Shown: piece after piece, positions 1-6,782 of the stretch
Position numbering within the stretch: position 1 is the stretch's first letter
Layout: every line of letters starts with the position of its first letter
Assembly (NCBI GenBank): GCA_043750125.1
Contig: JAYVCD010000279.1
Location: 1-10,673, forward strand
Length of the DNA stretch: 10,673 bases
DNA from: Archangiaceae bacterium
GTDB taxonomy: Bacteria; Myxococcota; Myxococcia; Myxococcales; Myxococcaceae
Direction: 5' to 3'
Notes under the pieces: generated by a model
Database searches by the model: none
What the model saw: only the letters and a program-made list of their open reading frames with translations
What the model was told of the DNA's origin: nothing
Made by a program: the position numbers and the translations under genes

Positions 1-1014
1 TACGTGGCCCTGCTCGAGACGGCGCAGCGCATGGCGACCACGCTCGATCGCGAAAAGCTCTTGAGCACGGCGTGTCTGGCTTTCTCTCAGGTCTGCGAGG
101 CGCCGGCGGTGTTGCTAGTGCTGAAAAAAGACGAGGGGTGGCGCATCGAGGCCAACTGCGGGCTGAACGACGACGCGGCCGCCGAAGCGCTGGCAGTCAA
201 GCTGGAAGCCGTGCTGCAGGAAGGCTTTGAAATCAAATCTCAGGAACTGGACGTAGAGCTGCCCAGCCCCTTCGAGACGGCCTACCTCGTGCCGGCGGTG
301 AACGGCGACGATGCGCTCGGAGCGGTCGTGCTGCTGTTCACGCGCGGAGTTCCAGATCTCTCATTGGCCTCGGCAGGGACGCTGGCCCGGCACCTGGGCC
401 TGGCGCTGCGAAACCTCGGCAAGTTCGCCGAGGTCGAAGATCTCGTCTACCTCGACGATCTCACCCACCTCTTCAACAGCCGGTACCTCGAACTGGTGCT
501 GGAAAAAGAATTCAAGAACGCGCCTCCGCCGGAAGGCAAAGCGTTCTCGCTGCTGTTCCTCGATCTCGACTACTTCAAGAGCGTCAACGACACGCACGGC
601 CACGTGATTGGCAGCAAGCTCCTGGTCGAAGTCTCACGGATCTTGAAGGGCTGCGTGCGCGACGGCGACGTGGTGTGCCGCTGGGGTGGCGACGAGTACG
701 TGGCGCTGCTGCGGGGCACCGACTCGGGTGGAGCCCTGAAGGTCGCCGAGCGCATTCGACGCAGCATCGAGAACCACAAGTTCCTCGCCCGCGAAGGCTT
801 CGGGCTGACGATCACCACTTGCATCGGAGTGGCCAGCTGGCCTGAGCACGCGCAGGACAAGGCGACCCTGCTCGACTTCGCAGATCGCGCGATGTACCGC
901 GGGAAGAAAGGCACCCGGAACATCATCTACATGGCGGCCAAGGGTCTGGAAGCGACCCCGGCGGCCCGGCATCACACCACTCCCCCCAGCTCGGCAGACG
1001 ACACCCTGAGCTGA
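1..1014 (+). CDS. Diguanylate cyclase (GAF-like + GGDEF domain), 5'-truncated by the window edge
   Basis: Frame is open from base 1 (tac gtg gcc...). It contains DDLTHLFNSRY, LLFLDLDYFKSVNDTHGHVIGS, an RWGGDEY active site (685-699), an RxxD I-site (RDGD, 658-669) and DRAMYRGK. The upstream region is GAF-like (LVPAVNGDDALGAVVL). Confidence 0.95.
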   Translation, partial: YVALLETAQRMATTLDREKLLSTACLAFSQVCEAPAVLLVLKKDEGWRIEANCGLNDDAAAEALAVKLEAVLQEGFEIKSQELDVELPSPFETAYLVPAVNGDDALGAVVLLFTRGVPDLSLASAGTLARHLGLALRNLGKFAEVEDLVYLDDLTHLFNSRYLELVLEKEFKNAPPPEGKAFSLLFLDLDYFKSVNDTHGHVIGSKLLVEVSRILKGCVRDGDVVCRWGGDEYVALLRGTDSGGALKVAERIRRSIENHKFLAREGFGLTITTCIGVASWPEHAQDKATLLDFADRAMYRGKKGTRNIIYMAAKGLEATPAARHHTTPPSSADDTLS

Positions 1015-1021
1015 ACAGAGG

Positions 1022-1301
1022 TCAGGCCGCGGCTTTCTGGGTCGGCACGATTCTTTCGGTGGGTGCGGGCGCCTTTGCGCCACAGCAGCACGTCCACTTC
1101 GGGCGAGGAATCGAGGGCCATCTGCCGCTGCAGCTCGTCGATCGAAGTGACCGCCCGCCCAGGGCATGGGTCAACACGTGGCCATCGGAAGTGAACACCA
1201 GGCCGGTGCCATGCCCCCGACGATGCTCCAGCGCGACGACGCCGGGGCCGCCCGCGCGATCAAACCTTCGAGCTCGTCAGAAAAGAGTTCGAGGCGGTCA
1301 C
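1022..1301 (-). pseudogene. Remnant of a second S1C/HtrA-like PDZ serine protease (N- and C-termini kept, core deleted, several frameshifts)
   Basis: Manual translation across frames gives GTG(1301) MTA / LELFSDELEGLIARAAP / VVALEHRRGHGTGLVFTSDGHVLTHA (1240-1163; matches HtrA GSGxxxxxDGxVLTNAH) // GRAVTSIDELQRQMALDSSPEVDVLLWRKGARTHR (from 1160; PDZ C-terminal part) / IVPTQKAAA* (TGA 1024-1022). The GTG overlaps the TGA of the upstream protease (GTGA). Confidence 0.85.
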
Positions 1302-2188
1302 GGCCTGGCCCCGAGGGTGACCTGAACCGTCGCAACCTTGCCCTGCCGAAAGAACTTCACCGGGACGGCCTGCCCCACGTGATCGCCGCGGAGGAACGCA
1401 AAGAGATCCTCGACGGTCTTCACGGTCGCATCGCCCAGGTGGAGCACGATGTCGCCGTAGGTCAGACCGGCGAGGTCGGCCGGCCCCCCTTTTTCGATCG
1501 CGATCACCACCAGGCCCACTTCTTCACCGGTGATCTGCTTCACGTCGTCGGCCAGCACCAGGGGTTGCATCGAAAGGCCGAGGTAGCTTTGACGAACCCG
1601 CCCGTACTGCTGCAGCTGCGCCACGACGCGCTTGAGCGTCAGACTGGGAAGTGTCAGCGAGGTGCCGCGAAGCAGCCCGGTGGTGGTCATGCCAAGCACC
1701 TTTCCATCGAGACCCGCCAGCGCTCCTCCGGAGAAGCCGGGTTGATGGGCGGCGTCACTTTCGAGGTAGCGATCCACTTCGCCTCCGCGATGGGTGCGCC
1801 ACGGAGTCTTGCCCTGGGTTCCGATGATTCCTGAAGTGGCTCGAACGCTCTGGCCCGGACGGCCCAGACGCAGCACCAGATTTCCGACCTTCAGCCCTGC
1901 CCCGTCATCGAAGGTCGCGGGCGACAGCGCACCGTCGATCTCGAGCAATGCGATGTCGGTTGAGGGGTCGCTGCCCTTGATCCTGGCTTGGTATTCGGCG
2001 CCCTCGACGCCGACCACCACCTCGCCTTCGACGTGCTGCAGCGCGTGGTGGACGGTGACGACTTCCGTCGCGGACCACGCGATTCCACTGAAGGGGCGGC
2101 GACGACCTTGAATCCGAACCACACTTTTGCCGGTGGACTCGACGACTTGCGACAGAACCTGCGACAGCTCACTTCCGGGAATGGCCAC
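1298..2188 (-). CDS. S1C family (HtrA/DegP-like) trypsin-like serine protease with C-terminal PDZ domain, no signal peptide
   Basis: Triad motifs VVTVHH (His), DPSTDIALL (Asp) and QPGFSGG (Ser). PDZ motifs SYLGLSM and GGPADLAGLTYGDIVL. GTG start has AAGGAG 8 nt upstream. The N-terminus is not hydrophobic. Confidence 0.93.
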   Translation of the reverse strand: MAIPGSELSQVLSQVVESTGKSVVRIQGRRRPFSGIAWSATEVVTVHHALQHVEGEVVVGVEGAEYQARIKGSDPSTDIALLEIDGALSPATFDDGAGLKVGNLVLRLGRPGQSVRATSGIIGTQGKTPWRTHRGGEVDRYLESDAAHQPGFSGGALAGLDGKVLGMTTTGLLRGTSLTLPSLTLKRVVAQLQQYGRVRQSYLGLSMQPLVLADDVKQITGEEVGLVVIAIEKGGPADLAGLTYGDIVLHLGDATVKTVEDLFAFLRGDHVGQAVPVKFFRQGKVATVQVTLGARP

Positions 2189-2196
2189 GTTTGTTT

Positions 2197-2202
2197 CTCC
2201 TT
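2197..2202 (-). promoter_or_regulatory. Shine-Dalgarno site of the S1C protease
   Basis: Minus strand reads AAGGAG-AAACAAAC-GTG. Confidence 0.8.
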
Positions 2203-2211
2203 GTAGAGGAG

Positions 2212-2252
2212 AAGATAGGGAGGCCGATTGTTAAGGCCATCACCCGATCGGG
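2212..2252 (-). promoter_or_regulatory. Putative activator-dependent promoter: palindrome CCCGATCGGG (2243-2252) and -10 TATCTT (2217-2212)
   Basis: Perfect 10-bp palindrome whose centre lies 30.5 bp upstream of the first T of a TAnnnT hexamer, i.e. about -42.5. No consensus -35 is present. It lies directly downstream of a LuxR-HTH regulator gene. Confidence 0.5.
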
Positions 2253-2257
2253 CAGGC

Positions 2258-2878
2258 CTACAGCTCGATCAAACCCAGCCTCGCCGCACGAACGACGGCC
2301 TCGACGCGCTTCTGCGCCGACAGCTTTTGCAGAATCGAGTTCACGTGAAATTTCGCGGTGTGCTCGCTGATCTCGAGGTGAGCGGCGATTTCTTTGTTCG
2401 ACAGTCCTTCGGCGAGCAGCGTGAGCACCTGGCGCTCGCGGCTGGTGAGCGTCTCGGTCGGGGCGAGCGGCGCATCGGTGATCGGCTCGGGGACCCGGTC
2501 TCTGGGCACCAGCGAGAGAACGAAAGAACGATCGAACACCGCCAGCCCTTCGGTCAGTGCCAGCAAGGCCGCGCTGATCGCCGACGGAGGGCTGTCTCGG
2601 TGCAGCGCGCCGCTGGCTCCGGCGGCGATCGCGGTGATGGCCTCGTCCTGGGCGACCAGCGCGAGAACAGGCACGTCGGACTTGAGCGTGGCGATCCGTT
2701 CGAGGCCGACCGACGCGTCGATCACCACCGCATCGGCCTTCGCGCTGCGGACCGAGATGTCGAGGTGCTGGGTGGCGGGCGTCGCGGTCAGGCCCGCGGC
2801 GTTGAGCGCGTCGACCAGCGCAGGGTCTCCGGCAACGACGATGTTCAGCGAACGGACGGCGGGCAAAGAGGCGCGCAT
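2258..2878 (-). CDS. NarL/LuxR-family transcriptional regulator with degenerate receiver domain
   Basis: C-terminal HTH: LTSRERQVLTLLAEGLSNKEIAAHLEISEHTAKFHVNSILQKL. N-terminal receiver-like fold: IVVAGDP, AVVIDA, PVLAL, AIAAGASGAL. Confidence 0.93.
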   Translation of the reverse strand: MRASLPAVRSLNIVVAGDPALVDALNAAGLTATPATQHLDISVRSAKADAVVIDASVGLERIATLKSDVPVLALVAQDEAITAIAAGASGALHRDSPPSAISAALLALTEGLAVFDRSFVLSLVPRDRVPEPITDAPLAPTETLTSRERQVLTLLAEGLSNKEIAAHLEISEHTAKFHVNSILQKLSAQKRVEAVVRAARLGLIEL

Positions 2879-2884
2879 GGGCGA

Positions 2885-2890
2885 AGACTA
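2885..2890 (-). promoter_or_regulatory. Putative -10 element of a leaderless promoter for the regulator gene
   Basis: Minus strand reads TAGTCT-TCGCCC-ATG (TAnnnT 6 nt before the ATG). No Shine-Dalgarno is present. Confidence 0.45.
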
Positions 2891-2992
2891 ACGACGGGTC
2901 GACCTGGAAATGCCGCCTATTTTCGGCCGGGTTGATCGAACCCACCCAAGACCACCCCGAAGGCCATCAGCGGAAAAGGCGGACTCTCGATC

Positions 2993-4150
2993 TCAGCCGA
3001 CCAGCTCTTGGTGAAGACCGCGGGCCAATGATTCGAGGTGTCGGCGTTCGACGATCAACGTGAGCTGCAGCGCCGACGCGTGCGAGCCGAAAACCGTCGC
3101 ACCCAATGAGGCCGCACAGGCCAGAGCGCGTCGCAGCACCGACCAGTCGGCGTTGAGGCCGGACCCCACGCAGGTGACGGTGCCGAAGCTGTCGAGCACC
3201 TTCATACCTGAAGCCAGGACCGCCGCTCTGAGCGCTTCGGGGCCGTGAATGTCGAGCAGCGGGACCACGATCCACGCGCTGCCACGATGCGAGACCAGGG
3301 TGCGGCCCTTGATTCCCCGCCCGTCCAACAGCTCGAGCACTGCGCTCGAAGCCTCGGGCGCCTCGATCACCCAGAGGTCGGCTTCACAGGTGATTCCTTT
3401 GACGCGGCCGACCGCGCCCTGCGCTTCGATGCGAGTGCCGAGCCCACCGGCGTGGGTGCTTCGGGCGTGAATGACGATTCCCTTCTCGCGCGCAAACTCG
3501 ACCGCCTGGGCGTTGAGGACCTTGGCTCCGGCGCTGGCGAGTTCCTGCATTTCATCGTGAGAAATCGATTCGAGCTTCTTCGCCGTGGGGACGACCCGGG
3601 GATCAGCGCTGAAGATTCCGTCGACGTCGGAATAGATTTCGCAGTCCGCTCCGAGTGCGGCGGCCAGCGCCACGGCGGTGGTATCCGAGCCACCCCGCCC
3701 CAGCGTCGTCACCTCGCGCTGCCGCGAGACGCCTTGATAGCCCGCGACGATCACCACCTTCCCGTCGCGCAGACCTTCCTCGATTCGATGCGGCCGCACC
3801 TCGATGATCCGCGCTTGAGCGTGCGATTCGTCGGTGATGATTCCGCTTTGGCTGCCGGTGAAGCTGATCGCCGGAACCCCCAGCTCGTGAAGGGCCATCG
3901 ACAGCAGCGCCATCGAGATCCGCTCGCCGCAGGTCAGCAGCATGTCGAGCTCGCGCCGAGGGGGGTCCGCGGCGATCTGACGCGCCAAACCGAGCAGCTC
4001 GTCGGTGGTGTCCCCCATCGCTGAAACGACGACGACCAGCTGCGCCCCTGCGTCGCGCCGCGCCTTCACCCGGGCGGCGACGCGCTTGATCTTCGCGATG
4101 TCGGCGACTGAAGACCCTCCGAATTTTTGAACCACGATGGGTGAAGGCAT
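2993..4150 (-). CDS. lysC: Aspartate kinase (385 aa; start at ATG 4150, not 4489)
   Basis: [64 protein letters not shown] and [15 protein letters not shown], followed by an ACT-like C-terminus ending LHQEL. Confidence 0.96.
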   Translation of the reverse strand: MPSPIVVQKFGGSSVADIAKIKRVAARVKARRDAGAQLVVVVSAMGDTTDELLGLARQIAADPPRRELDMLLTCGERISMALLSMALHELGVPAISFTGSQSGIITDESHAQARIIEVRPHRIEEGLRDGKVVIVAGYQGVSRQREVTTLGRGGSDTTAVALAAALGADCEIYSDVDGIFSADPRVVPTAKKLESISHDEMQELASAGAKVLNAQAVEFAREKGIVIHARSTHAGGLGTRIEAQGAVGRVKGITCEADLWVIEAPEASSAVLELLDGRGIKGRTLVSHRGSAWIVVPLLDIHGPEALRAAVLASGMKVLDSFGTVTCVGSGLNADWSVLRRALACAASLGATVFGSHASALQLTLIVERRHLESLARGLHQELVG

Positions 4151-4240
4151 CTTTGAAGGGCGCGGGCTCCGCGCCACGAGCGAATAACCCACAGCAGCAA
4201 CCGGGCCAATGCTTGCGAGAGAAATGCTAAGCGTCTGCGC

Positions 4241-5182
4241 ATGATCACCGCATGGCTGTGTGTGGCACTGAGCGCTTCCGGAGGCTGGAACGACGTCCAA
4301 GCGAACGGGTTCGTGTTCGAAATGCCGACCGTACCCGAGCAAAAGAATGGCCCTGTCACCTGGCCGACTACCGGAAAGATGATCCAGACCGAGTGGACCT
4401 CGAAGGTGAAGACCGGAGACAAGCAGATCGATGTCGTCGGTTGCTACGAGTCGACGGTTCCCAGTTTGAGAATGGTCGCGTTGATGCACGAGAATTTCTG
4501 CAAGGAAGAAGTGCCCGGCCAGCTGCGCTGGGATCGCACTGACGCCGTCACCCAGGCCCGACAGTGCTTGAGGGTGAGCGCCGGTCCGGATGGAAAGCGG
4601 AGGACCCTGGTCAAGATCCTCGAGGTCGGCGCCAACGTCTGCGTGCTCAGCTCTTCGGCCTTGATCGACAAGGTCACCGACGAAGCCTCACCGTCGATGC
4701 GGCGGTTCGTCGAGAGCCTCAAAGCCACGGGCACCCCCACCGTCGTGTCGGTGACCCCTTGGGTGGTGATCTCAGGCAACGGCTTCACCTTTCAGCTGCC
4801 CGAGAAGACCGAAGCCCAGATCAAAGACGAGGCCGAGCCCGGCGCCGGCAAGTACAAGATCTCGAAGTGGAAGCTTCGAGTGGGCGAAGAAGACTTCAAC
4901 ATCAGCTGCATGGCGGGTTCGACCGCTTTGTCGGCCAAGGCGGCGCAGCAAGCGCTCTCGATGTGCGACCCGGCAAAAGCCAAGGTGGTGCGTACCAAGC
5001 TCCCGAACGGAGCGACCGAGTGCTCGGTCTCGGGCCCCAAAACGATCCTCCTCAGAGTCTTTCCTCTGGCCGGGCAGACCTGCATGGTCAGCGCGACCCG
5101 AGAAACGGGTGAGTCGACCCAGTACGCGCGACGCTTCGTCGAGAGCTTCGCGGCGAACGGACCCTCGATGAAGACCCGGTAA
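4241..5182 (+). CDS. Secreted hypothetical protein with two tandem homologous 4-Cys domains (possibly PsbP/Mog1-like fold)
   Basis: 313-aa ORF with GC-rich third codon positions and a short signal-like N-terminus ([12 protein letters not shown]). Internal repeat: WxxxxxNGFxFxxP...RRFVES occurs twice. Confidence 0.8.
   Translation: MITAWLCVALSASGGWNDVQANGFVFEMPTVPEQKNGPVTWPTTGKMIQTEWTSKVKTGDKQIDVVGCYESTVPSLRMVALMHENFCKEEVPGQLRWDRTDAVTQARQCLRVSAGPDGKRRTLVKILEVGANVCVLSSSALIDKVTDEASPSMRRFVESLKATGTPTVVSVTPWVVISGNGFTFQLPEKTEAQIKDEAEPGAGKYKISKWKLRVGEEDFNISCMAGSTALSAKAAQQALSMCDPAKAKVVRTKLPNGATECSVSGPKTILLRVFPLAGQTCMVSATRETGESTQYARRFVESFAANGPSMKTR
4286..5155 (+). repeat. Intragenic domain duplication (about 4286-4726 and 4760-5155)
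   Basis: [14 protein letters not shown] vs [14 protein letters not shown], and [11 protein letters not shown] vs [11 protein letters not shown]. The 12-mer TTCGTCGAGAGC is identical at 4706-4717 and 5135-5146. Each copy has four Cys in the same order. Confidence 0.8.
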
Positions 5183-5255
5183 CTGCTGTCTTCGCGGCGC
5201 TTTGGGAAAAGACGCGCGTTGACAGCGAACAGCCGCTGTGGCTTCTGAGCGCCTC

Positions 5256-5966
5256 ATGGCCATGATCGAGGTCGAAAACCTCACCAAGCGCTACCGCGAT
5301 CGGGTCGCGATCGACGCGCTGAGCTTCACTGTCGAGCAGGGCGAAATCCTCGGCTTCCTCGGCCCGAACGGCGCGGGCAAGTCGACGACGATGAAGATCC
5401 TCACCGGCTTTCTGCCGCCTTCCTCTGGGCGCGCGAAGATCGCCGGCTTCGACGTTTTCGAGAGCCCGCTGGAAGCCAAGCGTCGCATCGGGTACCTGCC
5501 CGAAACGCCCCCCCTGTATCCAGAGATGTCGGTACGCGGGTACCTCGCGTTCGTCGCGCGGCTCAAAGGCCTTAGGGGCGCGAAGGTAAAGGGTGAGATC
5601 GACCGGGTCTGCCTCGCGGTCGGACTGGTGCCCGAAATCGACCGGCTGATCTTGAACCTGTCGAAGGGGTACCGCCAGCGGGTCGGGCTGGCCCAGGCGC
5701 TGCTCGGAGACCCTCCGCTGTTGATCCTCGATGAGCCGACCGAAGGCCTCGACCCGAAACAACGCCAGGAAGTGTTGGCGATGATCAAAGGCCTCGGAGG
5801 GAAGCACACCGTCATCCTCTCGACCCACATTCTTCCCGAGGTCAAAGCGATCTGCGAAAAAGTGCTGATCATTCATCGGGGGAAGATCGTCGCCCACGAT
5901 CGAATCGGTGCGGCGGCTTTCGAAAAGGGCCTCGACGAAACCTTCATCCGTCTGACTGCCGAGTAA
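5256..5966 (+). CDS. ABC transporter ATP-binding protein (GldA-like)
   Basis: Walker A GPNGAGKST, IGYLPE loop, signature LSKGYRQRVGLAQA, Walker B LLILDEPT and H-loop LSTH. The start is uncertain (GTG 5238, ATG 5256 or ATG 5262). Confidence 0.95.
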   Translation: MAMIEVENLTKRYRDRVAIDALSFTVEQGEILGFLGPNGAGKSTTMKILTGFLPPSSGRAKIAGFDVFESPLEAKRRIGYLPETPPLYPEMSVRGYLAFVARLKGLRGAKVKGEIDRVCLAVGLVPEIDRLILNLSKGYRQRVGLAQALLGDPPLLILDEPTEGLDPKQRQEVLAMIKGLGGKHTVILSTHILPEVKAICEKVLIIHRGKIVAHDRIGAAAFEKGLDETFIRLTAE

Positions 5967-5970
5967 GGAG
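5965..5970 (+). promoter_or_regulatory. Shine-Dalgarno site of the permease gene
   Basis: AAGGAG overlaps the ATPase stop codon and lies 7 nt before ATG 5978. Confidence 0.75.
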
Positions 5971-5977
5971 ACGATCG

Positions 5978-6781
5978 ATGCGCAACATCCTCACCATCGC
6001 GCGCAAAGAGCTGTCGATTTACTTCACCACGCCCTGGGGGTGGATTGCCGGCGCGGCGATGGCCTTCATCTCTTCCTTCTTCTTCATCTTCTTCCTCAAC
6101 AGCTTCAAAGAGGTTCAGGACAAGGCGAAGATCAAGGGCTGGGCGAACATGGATCCCGAGCTGTCGCAGATGCGAAATCTGACCGACGGGGTGATCGTCA
6201 ATCTCTTCGGCTTTCTGCTTTTCATCACCCTCTTCATCGCCCCCTTTCTCGCGATGAGGTTGTTCGCCGAGGAACGCCGCCAGAAGACGATCGAGCTGCT
6301 GTTTACCGCTCCGGTGCGAACGATCGAAATCGTGCTCGGCAAATACCTGGGCGGAATCGGAGCGATCGGCGCCATCCTCAGCATCACCCTCGTGTACCCG
6401 GTCATCCTGGCGATCTTCGGGGCCTCGCAGTCGGGCAGCGCGCTCGAGTGGTCGACCGTCGCGCTCGGCTATGGCGCACTGCTGCTCTGGGGAGCCGTCT
6501 GCATGGGCGTGGGGATGTTCATCTCGGCGCTGACCGAGTCGCAGATGTTGGCCGCCGTGCTGACCTTCGTCGTCCTGCTGTTGTGGACCGCGCTGGGTGC
6601 CCAGGCCTCGAGCGTCGACGAGCCCTGGCGCGGGGCAATTCGGTACATCTCATTCGATACCCAGCTGCAGAACCTGATGATCGGAGTGCTCGATTTGAAG
6701 TCGCTGGTCTTCTTCAGCTCGATCATCTTGCTGACCATCCTCTTCACCCACCGCGCCGTCGAAGCGCAGCGCTGGACCTGA
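5978..6781 (+). CDS. ABC-2 type transporter permease (GldF-like)
   Basis: IARKELSIYFTTP, PFLAMRLFAEERRQKTIELLFTAPV...IVLGKY and ISALTESQMLAA, with about six hydrophobic segments. Confidence 0.93.
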   Translation: MRNILTIARKELSIYFTTPWGWIAGAAMAFISSFFFIFFLNSFKEVQDKAKIKGWANMDPELSQMRNLTDGVIVNLFGFLLFITLFIAPFLAMRLFAEERRQKTIELLFTAPVRTIEIVLGKYLGGIGAIGAILSITLVYPVILAIFGASQSGSALEWSTVALGYGALLLWGAVCMGVGMFISALTESQMLAAVLTFVVLLLWTALGAQASSVDEPWRGAIRYISFDTQLQNLMIGVLDLKSLVFFSSIILLTILFTHRAVEAQRWT

Positions 6782-6782
6782 A

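Noticed and set aside
1..710. Near-identical 14-mers TACGTGGC(C/G)CTGCT at 1-14 and 697-710
   Set aside because: Both encode YVALL in the same frame. This is coincidental codon-level similarity, not a repeat element.
2897..2943. Short dyads GGTCGACC and GGGTT-N5-AACCC between lysC and the regulator
   Set aside because: Too short, with no U-tract, so they cannot be supported as a terminator or operator.
4151..4240. Lysine riboswitch or attenuator upstream of lysC
   Set aside because: Only 90 bp are available, with no recognisable L-box or leader peptide.
4151..4489. 113-aa N-terminal extension of the aspartokinase in the ORF track (start 4489)
   Set aside because: It overlaps the divergent 4241 gene. 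Aspartokinase homology begins at [12 protein letters not shown] (ATG 4150).
6064..6097. (TTC)n-like low-complexity run as a phase-variation tract
   Set aside because: It is explained by Phe/Ser/Ile codons of a transmembrane helix, and is impure and in frame.
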